Shown here in pieces: positions 18,425-27,166 of a stretch of DNA of 64,000 nucleotides (the first letter of the stretch is position 1; the number at the start of each line of letters is the position of its first letter). Location of the stretch: contig DKWV01000044.1 of assembly GCA_002491905.1 (NCBI GenBank), positions 34,104 to 98,103 on the forward strand, written 5' to 3'. Source of the DNA: Lachnospiraceae bacterium UBA7143 (GTDB lineage: Bacteria > Bacillota > Clostridia > Lachnospirales > Lachnospiraceae). Position numbers and translations under genes: made by a program. Under the pieces are notes generated by a model. It had not been told where the DNA came from. It ran no database searches and was given only the letters and a program-made list of their open reading frames with translations.

Positions 18425-19684
18425 CTATTCCGCGGATTCCCCGATTCCGATTACCCCTGTCGTCAATATGCCAAATACACTGATTCCCAGCTCCCTCCAT
18501 GTAAAATAGGAATGACAGCAGGAGTGATCTTTGGTAAACAGATACCAGATAAATGGATACAGTGACACAAACAAAACCATTCCCATCATCGGGAAGAGAC
18601 TTCGCTCTATCCTGATCTGCTTTTTCATTCTGAACAGAACCATACATACCACCAGACAAAGAACCGCCGGCAGAATAACCTTCCTGTTGCATACGCCAAG
18701 ATTGAGTCTCAATGTGTCAAAATAGGAGTGCTTTTTTGTAAAATATCCGCTGCGGTAAGCAATCGCACCAATCGCATCACGAATGATATTTTCTTCCGTT
18801 AAAACCGAGGCAATCACCCACTTGGAAGACCACATTCCCACATATCCGACGCCCCATGAAAAGGTATGGAGCAGCAGGTTTTTCCACATAAATATTTGTT
18901 TCTCCGCAGACCGCTTATCGGTAAAAGCCAGACAGGCAATCAGCGGAACTCCCAATGTGATAAACGGATATGTCAGGAAGTCAAAATAAGCCGTCAGCAC
19001 TCCCGACAGAAGAAACAGATAATTTCTACCCGTATCCGTCAGTTTTTCCCTCCATACATACAGCGCAGACAACGCCAGCATCATAATATAGAAACAGGGA
19101 GAATACTGTAAGGAACTGCACAGGCTGACCGGGGACAAAAAAATATACAGCCCGAGAAAAGGAATGACATATACCCTCTCCTTCGTTCCTGCAAGAAAGC
19201 TCACAAAACCAAACACAAGCACCAGCTGCAAAATCATGTTCATCTGCCGGATATCCGAATAGGTGAAAACGCATAAGAGCGGACGCAGCAAAACCTGATA
19301 TCCATGCCAGTACCTTCCATAATATTTTACAATATAATTATCGTTAGACAGGGCAATCACTTCGTACAGGGATTCCATCGGATTTTTTCCGTCCACCTCA
19401 ACATACGTACCCAGAAGAATATCCCTGACACCGTCTTTTGTCTCTGTATAAGAAATGTTCAGCATCAGACCATCCGTATAGATATCCAGCATGGTCTCCT
19501 CAATATCCTGCCAGACATGTGCGCCCAGCCCCTCCTTATACAGTACAATGGACGACGCCCACACATTTTTCCGCATGCGGTCCCTTGGAATCAAATAGGT
19601 AACCGCAAGGGCTGCGACACCCAATATCGCACAGAGGCAGACAATCCCCAATTCTTTTATGAATAAAACCAGCGTTTCTCTCAT
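18425..19684 (-). CDS. Polytopic membrane protein, possible GT-C-fold glycosyltransferase
   Basis: About 10 TM segments, a large first loop with YGRYWHGY, DFLTYP motif; AT-richer than its neighbours. Confidence 0.55.
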   Translation of the reverse strand: MRETLVLFIKELGIVCLCAILGVAALAVTYLIPRDRMRKNVWASSIVLYKEGLGAHVWQDIEETMLDIYTDGLMLNISYTETKDGVRDILLGTYVEVDGKNPMESLYEVIALSNDNYIVKYYGRYWHGYQVLLRPLLCVFTYSDIRQMNMILQLVLVFGFVSFLAGTKERVYVIPFLGLYIFLSPVSLCSSLQYSPCFYIMMLALSALYVWREKLTDTGRNYLFLLSGVLTAYFDFLTYPFITLGVPLIACLAFTDKRSAEKQIFMWKNLLLHTFSWGVGYVGMWSSKWVIASVLTEENIIRDAIGAIAYRSGYFTKKHSYFDTLRLNLGVCNRKVILPAVLCLVVCMVLFRMKKQIRIERSLFPMMGMVLFVSLYPFIWYLFTKDHSCCHSYFTWRELGISVFGILTTGVIGIGESAE

Positions 19685-19873
19685 ATATTCCTGTTTATCA
19701 GATGTATTATAATCCGGCTTTTCCGCTTATCCGAATAAAACCGATTGTATATTTCTTCCCTTTCACCGTCCATTATACGATATTATATATCTTACATCAA
19801 TATTTATAGGACTTTGTATGTTTCGTTGTGGACTGCCACATACTATATAATTTTACAGGTAAGGGGGTATATC

Positions 19874-20191
19874 ATGTACGAAGAGTATTTTGTTGAAAGG
19901 CTGACTTCTCTGAGGAATCAAAAAAACGTATCTGCCAGAGAAATGAGTCTGGCTCTCGGTCAGAATGAAAGCTATATTAACCGCATTGAAAACAGGCTTG
20001 CCTTCCCTTCCATGCAGGTTTTTTTCTACATTTGTGAATATTTTCAGATCACGCCGCAGGAATTTTTCGACGAAAAAAACCCTGCGCCCGGAAAGATCAA
20101 TCAGATTTCAGAAGAAATAAGAAAACTGGACGATTTTCAGCTCGATACGGTCATGGCTGTTATAAAAGGGTTCCAGCATAAGCCAAAATAA
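19874..20191 (+). CDS. XRE-family HTH transcriptional regulator
   Basis: LRNQKNVSAREMSLALGQNESYINRIEN HTH; RBS AAGGGGG before ATG 19874. Confidence 0.85.
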   Translation: MYEEYFVERLTSLRNQKNVSAREMSLALGQNESYINRIENRLAFPSMQVFFYICEYFQITPQEFFDEKNPAPGKINQISEEIRKLDDFQLDTVMAVIKGFQHKPK

Positions 20192-20194
20192 AAC

Positions 20195-21070
20195 TCACAA
20201 ATCCCAAAGACTCATCTGCCTGACAGCCTCCTTCTCCTCAAAGGTCTGCAGATACCGAAAAATCTGCTCATTGTCATGGACAATTCCATACTCGCCGCAT
20301 TTATCATGGAATATTTTCATCAGGCGGCTGTTATTCGGGCTTTCAATTTCATACCGGTTTCCGTAAGTCCGAATATATCTTCCCTTTAACCCGGGAAACA
20401 GGCAGTCTAACTGTTCATAAAAATATTCCCTGTTCCCCTCTCTCAGCGTCAGCCCCATGCCGTAATTGATCACACCATAGACCTTCGCCTCCGCACACAT
20501 CTCCAAAATGCCGATGATATTCTCCTCCGTATCGTTGATAAAGGGCAGAATCGGTGTCAGCCAGACCACTGTGGGGATTCCCACATCCCGCATCCGTTTC
20601 AGCACCGCAAACCGCTCTCCCGTCGTACACACATGCGGCTCAATCTTTCTGCACAGTTCCTCATCATAAGTGGTCAAAGTCATCTGTACCACGCATTTCG
20701 TCTTCTCGTTTATTTTTTGCAGAAGATCCAGATCCCGCAGAATGCGGTTCGACTTTGTAATCACCGTAAATCCGAATCCATGCTCATAAATGAGAGACAG
20801 CGCCTGTCTGACGTGTCCCAGTTCCATTTCCAACGGGATATAGGGATCGGTCATGGCGCCTGTCCCGATCATGCATTTTTTCCGTTTATGTTCCAGGGCA
20901 TGCGCAAGCAGATCAATGGCATTCTCCTTGACCACGATGTCCTCAAAGACATGTTCCATGTGGTAGCACCTGCTTCTGGAATCGCAGTAAATGCACCCGT
21001 GGGAACAGCCCCGGTACAGATTCATTCCGTTTTTGGAAGACAGGATTCCTTTCGCCGTCACAAAGTGCAT
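20195..21070 (-). CDS. Radical SAM protein, SPL/DNA-repair photolyase-like family
   Basis: CSHGCIYC (CxxxCxxC), NLYRGC, TDPY, TKS, PILPFIND motifs; RBS GAGGAG before ATG 21070. Confidence 0.85.
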   Translation of the reverse strand: MHFVTAKGILSSKNGMNLYRGCSHGCIYCDSRSRCYHMEHVFEDIVVKENAIDLLAHALEHKRKKCMIGTGAMTDPYIPLEMELGHVRQALSLIYEHGFGFTVITKSNRILRDLDLLQKINEKTKCVVQMTLTTYDEELCRKIEPHVCTTGERFAVLKRMRDVGIPTVVWLTPILPFINDTEENIIGILEMCAEAKVYGVINYGMGLTLREGNREYFYEQLDCLFPGLKGRYIRTYGNRYEIESPNNSRLMKIFHDKCGEYGIVHDNEQIFRYLQTFEEKEAVRQMSLWDL

Positions 21071-21081
21071 CTGCCCGCTCC

Positions 21082-21621
21082 TCACTTTCCGGCACAATTT
21101 TTCTTATGTGCTTTCAGTTTCTTCATGGCCCAGTCATAGTGGCTCGACGTATTGCTGACAAAGTAGGAGCCGAGCGTACTCCCGCCTACCCACGGAAAGA
21201 TGCCTTTGGAAAACAGCTCCTCATTGGAAAAAGTCTCCGCCAGCTCCATCACCTCGGCATGGGACTTTTGCAGCAGCTCTTTCGCCTCTTCCAAGGTTGT
21301 GTCCTGATGCTTTTTCCAGAATGCCACATTCATATCTCCGTAAGTTTTCCAATTATAAGGTTTCGGAATAAAAGGCCAGTTGTCTCCCCTTTGGTTGGCA
21401 TGTACCCATGTCAGTAAAAGTTGGTGCCACTCGTAGAGATGAACCAGAACGTCCCTGAGGTTTTTATCCCTTTTCCAATGAGCCTCCTTCTTCGCACTTT
21501 CGGAGAAATCAAAGGGCGTATGCAGCTCTGTTTCCGTCAATCCGGCAATCATCTCGTTCAGTTTCCCATAGTTTTCCGTCGCTGCTTTCAATAAATCTGC
21601 TTTTGTCGTGGGTCTTCCCAT
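21082..21621 (-). CDS. ClbS/DfsB (DUF1706) family four-helix-bundle protein
   Basis: MGRPTTK..LL, RDKNLRDVLVHLYEWH, PYNWKTY, FSNEELF, SSHYDWA pattern recalled as typical of this DinB-superfamily family. Confidence 0.8.
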   Translation of the reverse strand: MGRPTTKADLLKAATENYGKLNEMIAGLTETELHTPFDFSESAKKEAHWKRDKNLRDVLVHLYEWHQLLLTWVHANQRGDNWPFIPKPYNWKTYGDMNVAFWKKHQDTTLEEAKELLQKSHAEVMELAETFSNEELFSKGIFPWVGGSTLGSYFVSNTSSHYDWAMKKLKAHKKNCAGK

Positions 21622-21723
21622 ATTTTCCTTCCTTTCTGCGGCCACACTGTCATTTTCCAACCACTCTGTGGCATTCGCCTGACGTCTGTCTCACCGTCAT
21701 CCGACTCATCACTTATATTTCTC

Positions 21724-21756
21724 ATGGTACAGGCATAACCCTGACATCCCATGTCA
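21724..21756 (-). promoter_or_regulatory. Putative WYL-regulator box and promoter of the clbS-like/radical SAM operon
   Basis: TGACA-TGGGA-TGTCA-N12-TACCAT; same architecture as 22674-22706. Confidence 0.65.
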
Positions 21757-22650
21757 TGTTTTATATTTTTCCACAATTTCTTTTGCCTGCCGCGCAATCT
21801 CTTCCCGCAGATAAGCCGGTGAAATGATCTCCACCTGTGTCCCGAAAGACAACAAAAAACTGATCAGCCACGTGCCTTCCGGCATTCTGGCAGATGCAAC
21901 CAAATCCCCGTTCTCCTGTCTCTGTATCTGGGTTCTGTCAAACTCATCATAAACCCGGTACGCCATATCTTTCGGGAAACGCAGAGTGATCAGCGGGTAG
22001 TCCTCCTCCGAGTCGTCCGGCTCTGCCGGAAAACTGCGCTGAACAAAGCTCTCCTCCAAAAGCATCAGCTCCAAAATACGGTTCAGTTTAAAAGTCCGCA
22101 TATCCTGCTTTTCCGTGCAGAACGCTTTCAGATACCACGCTTTAGATTTATAGACAAGCCTGTAGGGCTGCACCGCTCTCTCCCTCACCGTCCCGTCAGA
22201 GCCCGCATAGCGTATCCTGACATTCCTGCGATGGATCACCGCCGTCTTCAAAAGCTCGAACTTTTCCTTGTCAAATCCCTGATTACCCCATCTGGAAAAA
22301 TCCACCTCAAGCCAATTCTCCGATGGTAGGTGGAACAGGGCGGAAAGTTTCTGCAGTGTCTGGCTTTCGCCGATATTCTGAGTGATATTGAGGCTCTGCA
22401 GCGCCGCCAGAATCTCCTGCTTTTCCTCCTCAGACAGCACAGCCTGATCCAGAACAAAGCCATGCATCAGCCGGATGCCGCCGTTTCTGCCCGCCTCCGC
22501 ATAGATGGGAATGCCCGCCCCACTTAAGGCATCAATATCCCTGTAGATCGTCCGAACCGACACCTCAAACCGCGCCGCCAGCTCCGGGGCGGTAGCCTGA
22601 CCCCTGTCCAGCAGATAATATACGATTTTAAAGAGTCTGCTCTCCTGCAT
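21754..22650 (-). CDS. YafY/PafBC-type HTH-WYL-WCX transcriptional regulator
   Basis: HTH_11 (ELAARFEVSVRTIYRDIDAL), WYL motif AWYLKAFC, RTFKLNRI, C-terminal LLSFGTQVEIISP. Confidence 0.92.
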   Translation of the reverse strand: MQESRLFKIVYYLLDRGQATAPELAARFEVSVRTIYRDIDALSGAGIPIYAEAGRNGGIRLMHGFVLDQAVLSEEEKQEILAALQSLNITQNIGESQTLQKLSALFHLPSENWLEVDFSRWGNQGFDKEKFELLKTAVIHRRNVRIRYAGSDGTVRERAVQPYRLVYKSKAWYLKAFCTEKQDMRTFKLNRILELMLLEESFVQRSFPAEPDDSEEDYPLITLRFPKDMAYRVYDEFDRTQIQRQENGDLVASARMPEGTWLISFLLSFGTQVEIISPAYLREEIARQAKEIVEKYKT

Positions 22651-22673
22651 CGCCATCCCCTCCTTACCTTAAC

Positions 22674-22706
22674 AGCATATCATTAAAATATTGACACAAT
22701 ATGTCA
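22674..22706 (-). promoter_or_regulatory. Putative WYL-regulator box and autoregulated promoter
   Basis: TGACA-TATTG-TGTCA-N12-TATGCT upstream of the WYL gene RBS. Confidence 0.65.
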
Positions 22707-22755
22707 TGTTTTATTATACCCCTTTCTTCCACCAATAACAAAAATGTTAAAATGC

Positions 22756-22789
22756 GTTGCTTGTAGCAACAGGCAGTTTAGCCTACAAT
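22756..22789 (+). promoter_or_regulatory. Sigma-A promoter with overlapping palindromic operator
   Basis: TTGTAG-N17-TACAAT; GTTGCT-TGT-AGCAAC palindrome covers the -35. Confidence 0.5.
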
Positions 22790-22820
22790 AGTGGTGAAAA
22801 TAGAAAGGAGGCTAGCACGA

Positions 22821-23330
22821 ATGCTCAACGAAAATATAAAAATAATCAGAAAATCAAAGGGACTTTCACAACAGGAGCTTGCTGTCAAAATGAACATCGT
22901 GCGACAAACAGTTTCTAAATGGGAACAGGGACTGTCGGTTCCCGATTCCGATATGTTAATCTTTTTATCGGAAATTCTTGAAACCCCTGTAAGCACGCTG
23001 TTGGGAGAAACTGTTATCGAAACGGAAATGGATACTTTAAAAGCCATTTCAGAAAAACTAGAGGTGATAAACCTGCAGCTGGCGCAAAGAAAAACCAAGA
23101 GAAGAAACACGATTCATTGGTCGCTTATTTCGTTATGCGCAATCATTGGAATCGTATTTGCAGTCTTATTGGCTTTAGAAAGTCCTTACCTGGGGTGGAA
23201 TTATAATGACCCCGAAACCGCTGTTCTCGGAGTGGCATTTCACTCATTTGAATGGCTGTTTGTCAGAACAGCGCCCATAATCCTCGTTGGTACAATCATT
23301 GGAATTTTCCTGACACGGAAGAAAGACTAA
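22821..23330 (+). CDS. Membrane-anchored XRE-family HTH protein
   Basis: RKSKGLSQQELA..VRQTVSKWEQG HTH plus two C-terminal TM helices; RBS AGGAGG. Confidence 0.85.
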   Translation: MLNENIKIIRKSKGLSQQELAVKMNIVRQTVSKWEQGLSVPDSDMLIFLSEILETPVSTLLGETVIETEMDTLKAISEKLEVINLQLAQRKTKRRNTIHWSLISLCAIIGIVFAVLLALESPYLGWNYNDPETAVLGVAFHSFEWLFVRTAPIILVGTIIGIFLTRKKD

Positions 23331-23400
23331 AGAATATGTGCGGATGCGATGCCACACAGGATATTTTTTCTAATAATAATCACACTGTGGGAAGAAAGCT

Positions 23401-23934
23401 TTATCTGTTCTCTTCATCTTCCCACAGCACGGTCTTCCCCTGCCGCAGGCTCTCCTGCACGTCGATGATCCGCTGGTTGTCTGAACCCCGAAACCGCAGG
23501 CTGATGTCCTTTCTCGCCAGAATAAACTCCCCGTCCACAATCACATCGAGATAGGAAAGAAACTCTTCCATTTCTTTCCACTGCACAGAGAACCGCCCCA
23601 AAATGTCCGCGTCAAACAGATAACCTGTATAGCACCAGATACTTTTCTGCGGATACGCTGCTTTCACTGCCCGCAGCAGCGGCAGAAGCGCCTGCCTGTT
23701 GACGGGTTCCAAGGGCTCCCCGCCAAGCAGCGTAAGCCCGGCGATATAGTCCGGGGAAAGTGCCTTAAGGATCTCGTCCGCCACCGCCTCAGTAAACGGC
23801 TCCCCATACTGAAAATCCCATGTCTCGGGATTAAAACATCCTTCGCAGTGGTGGGTGCAGCCGCTGACAAAAAGCGCCACCCGCACCCCCGGACCGTCCG
23901 CGATATCGTATTTTTTTATCACAGAATAATTCAT
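23401..23934 (-). CDS. nrdG: Anaerobic ribonucleotide reductase activase
   Basis: DGPGVRVALFVSGCTHHCEGC, LGGEP, RGSDNQR; ATGA overlap with nrdD. Confidence 0.95.
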   Translation of the reverse strand: MNYSVIKKYDIADGPGVRVALFVSGCTHHCEGCFNPETWDFQYGEPFTEAVADEILKALSPDYIAGLTLLGGEPLEPVNRQALLPLLRAVKAAYPQKSIWCYTGYLFDADILGRFSVQWKEMEEFLSYLDVIVDGEFILARKDISLRFRGSDNQRIIDVQESLRQGKTVLWEDEENR

Positions 23935-26093
23935 AAATGAAGAACTCTCTCCTTGATCTCCTGGGTGCGCCCCTGATTCCAGAACTGTGTCCCGATATAG
24001 CCGCAGGTACGCCTTGCCACATTCATCTTATTCTGGTCGGTATTGCCGCAGTTGGGGCACTTCCAGATTAACTTCCCGTCCGTATCCTCCACGATCTCAA
24101 TCTCCCCGTGGTAATCACAGACCTGACAGTAATCGCTCTTGGTATTTAATTCTGCGTACATAATGTTATCGTAAATATACTGCATCAGGGAGAGCACCGC
24201 ATCCAGATTGTTCTCCATGTTCGGCACCTCCACATAGCTGATCGCACCGCCCGGCGAAAGCTCCTGGAACTGCGCCTCAAACTTCAGCTTATCAAAGGCA
24301 TTGATTTCCTCCGTCACATGCACATGATAACTGTTCGTGATATAATTTCGGTCAGTCACGCCCTCAATGATGCCGAAACGCTTCTGCAGGCACTTCGCGA
24401 ACTTATAGGTAGTGGACTCCAGGGGCGTACCATAAAGGCTGAAATCAATGTTTGTCTCCTCCCGCCATTCCTTGCAGGCATTGTTTAAATACTGCATAAC
24501 CTTCAGGGCGAAAGCTGTCGCCTCGGGATCGGTATGGCTCTTTCCCGTCATATAGCGGGTACACTCACACAGACCGGCATACCCCAGCGATATGGTAGAA
24601 TAGCCGCCGTAGAGAAGCTTGTCGATCTTCTCCCCCTTTTTCAGTCTGGCCAGTGCACCATTCTGCCACAGTATTGGCGCCACATCGGAAAGCGTTCCCT
24701 TAAGCCTGTTGTGACGCGCCATCAGCGCCCGCCTGCACAGTTCCAGCCGCTCATCCATAATTTCCCAGAAACGCTCTGTATTGCGCCCGGATGAGCAGGC
24801 CACATCCACCAGATTTAAGGTGACCACGCCCTGATTGAATCTGCCGTAAAATTTCGGCTGGTCATTCTCATCGTGATACACGGTGAGGAAGGAGCGGCAG
24901 CCCATACAGGTATAGCAGTTGCCGTCCTTTAACTGCTTCATGATCTTCTCCGAAATATAATCCGGAACCATGCGCTTGGCCGTGCACTTTGCCGCCAGTT
25001 TCGTCAGATACCAGTATTTCGTTCCCTCGCGGACATTATCCTCCTCCAGCACATAGATCAGCTTCGGGAAGGCCGGGGTAATATAGACGCCCTTCTCGTT
25101 CTTCACGCCCCGAATGCGCTGGTTTAACATCTCCTCAATAATCATTGCCAGATCATCTCTCAGACGCCCCTCCGGCACCTCGTCGATATACATGAAAACG
25201 GTGATAAAAGGTGCCTGCCCATTGGTGGTCATCAGGGTGATCACCTGATACTGGATAATCTGCACGCCCTGCCTGATCTCGTCTTTCACACGCCGCTCCG
25301 CGATGGCATTGATCTGCTCCTCCGTAGCGTTTACGCCCATCTCCTCCATTTCCGCCCGCACCTTCTGGCGGAACTTTTCCCTGCTCACGTCCACAAAGGG
25401 AGCCAGATGGGAAAGGGAAATGCTCTGCCCGCCGTACTGGCAGCTTGCTATCTGCGCGATACTCTGCGTCGCCACATTGCAGGCCGTGGAAAAACTTTTC
25501 GGTCTGTCAATCATGGTCTCGCTGATCACCGTACCGTTCTGCAGCATATCTTCCAGATTGACCAGACAGCAGTTGTGCATATGCTGGGCAAAATAATCTG
25601 CGTCATGGAAGTGGATCACGCCCTGCTCATGGGCTTCCACAATATCCGGCGCAAGCAGAAAACGCTTGGTGATATCCTTGCTCACTTCCCCCGCCATATA
25701 ATCCCTCTGCACGCTGTTCACCGTGGGATTTTTATTGGAATTTTCCTGTTTTACTTCCTCGTTATTACACTCCAGAAGACTTAAGATCTGCTCATCTGTG
25801 GAATTGGATTTGCGTACAAGCGCCCTCTTATAGCGGTAGGTAATGTAGTTTCTGGAAATGGTGTAAGCCCGGTATTTCATAAGCTGATTCTCCACCATAT
25901 CCTGAATTTCCTCCACGCTTGGAGCCCTTCTCATCTCCTCGCAATGGTCGGCCACCACAGAAGCGATCTCATCGATCTCGTCCTCCGTCAGACGGTCCTC
26001 CTCTTTCACGCTATTGTTTGCCTTCCTGATCGCCGCCACGATCTTTTTCAGGTCAAAATTAACCTCCACACCGCTTCTCTTGATAATCTTCAT
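23931..26093 (-). CDS. nrdD: Class III anaerobic ribonucleoside-triphosphate reductase
   Basis: N-terminal ATP cone, HNCCL, MGCRS, CxxC pairs, glycyl radical RTCGYI. Confidence 0.97.
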   Translation of the reverse strand: MKIIKRSGVEVNFDLKKIVAAIRKANNSVKEEDRLTEDEIDEIASVVADHCEEMRRAPSVEEIQDMVENQLMKYRAYTISRNYITYRYKRALVRKSNSTDEQILSLLECNNEEVKQENSNKNPTVNSVQRDYMAGEVSKDITKRFLLAPDIVEAHEQGVIHFHDADYFAQHMHNCCLVNLEDMLQNGTVISETMIDRPKSFSTACNVATQSIAQIASCQYGGQSISLSHLAPFVDVSREKFRQKVRAEMEEMGVNATEEQINAIAERRVKDEIRQGVQIIQYQVITLMTTNGQAPFITVFMYIDEVPEGRLRDDLAMIIEEMLNQRIRGVKNEKGVYITPAFPKLIYVLEEDNVREGTKYWYLTKLAAKCTAKRMVPDYISEKIMKQLKDGNCYTCMGCRSFLTVYHDENDQPKFYGRFNQGVVTLNLVDVACSSGRNTERFWEIMDERLELCRRALMARHNRLKGTLSDVAPILWQNGALARLKKGEKIDKLLYGGYSTISLGYAGLCECTRYMTGKSHTDPEATAFALKVMQYLNNACKEWREETNIDFSLYGTPLESTTYKFAKCLQKRFGIIEGVTDRNYITNSYHVHVTEEINAFDKLKFEAQFQELSPGGAISYVEVPNMENNLDAVLSLMQYIYDNIMYAELNTKSDYCQVCDYHGEIEIVEDTDGKLIWKCPNCGNTDQNKMNVARRTCGYIGTQFWNQGRTQEIKERVLHL

Positions 26094-26121
26094 TTCATAA
26101 CGCCCCCATATTCTATCTGAT

Positions 26122-26198
26122 ACCCAATATCATGTATTTTTTTGTGTCATCCCCGTTGCATGTACTATATATTGTATCACGGTAAAATATTATGTCAA
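26122..26198 (-). promoter_or_regulatory. nrdD promoter with tandem NrdR boxes
   Basis: TTGACA-N16-TACAAT (26171-26198); gtaCTATATATTGtat (26162-26177) and weaker accCAATATCATGtat (26122-26137) match CwAtATaTwG. Confidence 0.7.
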
Positions 26199-26261
26199 GT
26201 TGTAGTGGTGCTTATTTACAGAAAAGTTTTGATAAAAGCATGACCGACTCAGTCGGTTAAC

Positions 26262-26894
26262 TTACCGTAAGTTGTTTCGCACCTCTCCTTCTTCTAATAT
26301 CTCCAGAACCTCCTCTTTTGTATACAATTCAGACGGCTCCACACATGCTGACGTATCAATCAGCTCCCCAATATGCGCCTCGTACTCTTTCTCCGTCACC
26401 GGATTGCCCTCCCAGAAATAGGACATGTCCATATTTTCCCCATCAAAGGATTCGCTGCACCACCCCGTTCCGATTTCCGAAAACGTGCCTTTCTCAAGCC
26501 TGTAAATATTACACGGATAAAATCCCATATTACCGCTCTGGCTGTACAGCAGTCCGCCATATTCCATGTACCGCAGCCCGACCCTGTCCCGGTTCATGAC
26601 GCCGATATTCCCATCATAAAAGGAGGCGACAAATTCTCCCGTTGCCATCACCCTTGTATCAATATAAAGCTCGGGAATCTCGTCATCGTCCACATAGATC
26701 AGCGAATAGCTGTCATGGCCCGACCACGCGTCATTTCCTCTTTGGATATAAGCGGCATATGCTTCCTTCCATTCCCGTTCTTTTCTTGCCTGCTCTGCGA
26801 TCCCATCACTTTTATATCCGGTAACAGCGGCCGCCACCGGCAAAAGCAGCAGGATTGCGCATCCGATTATGCGTTCTTTGTATCTCACACTCAT
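26262..26894 (-). CDS. Hypothetical secreted/membrane-anchored acidic protein
   Basis: N-terminal hydrophobic segment, LIYVDDDEIPEL motif; start uncertain (ORF open to 26921). Confidence 0.6.
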   Translation of the reverse strand: MSVRYKERIIGCAILLLLPVAAAVTGYKSDGIAEQARKEREWKEAYAAYIQRGNDAWSGHDSYSLIYVDDDEIPELYIDTRVMATGEFVASFYDGNIGVMNRDRVGLRYMEYGGLLYSQSGNMGFYPCNIYRLEKGTFSEIGTGWCSESFDGENMDMSYFWEGNPVTEKEYEAHIGELIDTSACVEPSELYTKEEVLEILEEGEVRNNLR

Positions 26895-26939
26895 CTTGTG
26901 TTCCCCCGTCTGCGGTTCCATGCCGACTCGCGCTGCTCG

Positions 26940-26999
26940 TCAAAAACAGGTACGGATCGTTTCTTATGCAAGCATGAAACGATCCGTACCTGTTCTTGA
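26940..26999. terminator. Long hairpin downstream of tRNA-Thr (probable terminator)
   Basis: 24-bp arms with one mismatch, containing AACAGGTACGGATCGTTTC / GAAACGATCCGTACCTGTT. Confidence 0.7.
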
Positions 27000-27016
27000 C
27001 TCTGCTTATACGCGCA

Positions 27017-27089
27017 AGCTGGAAAAGGGACTCGAACCCTCGACCTACTGATTACGAATCAGTTGCGCTACCAACTGCGCTATTCCAGC
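27017..27089 (-). tRNA. tRNA-Thr (anticodon CGT)
   Basis: GCTGGAA acceptor stem, D arm GCGCAGTTGGTAGCGC, anticodon arm CTGAT-TCGTAA-TCAG, T arm GGTTCGAGTCC; CCA not encoded. Confidence 0.96.
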
Positions 27090-27166
27090 TTATTCCTGCA
27101 ACAATGATTATTATATGATGGAATGTCTCATTTTGCAAGTAATTTTTCACAAAACCCATGCTTTTT

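Noticed and set aside
21082-21621. Colibactin biosynthetic island
   Set aside because: Only a ClbS-family homologue is present; there are no NRPS/PKS genes.
26262-27089. Integrated element at tRNA-Thr
   Set aside because: No duplicated tRNA 3' end or integrase was found in the window.
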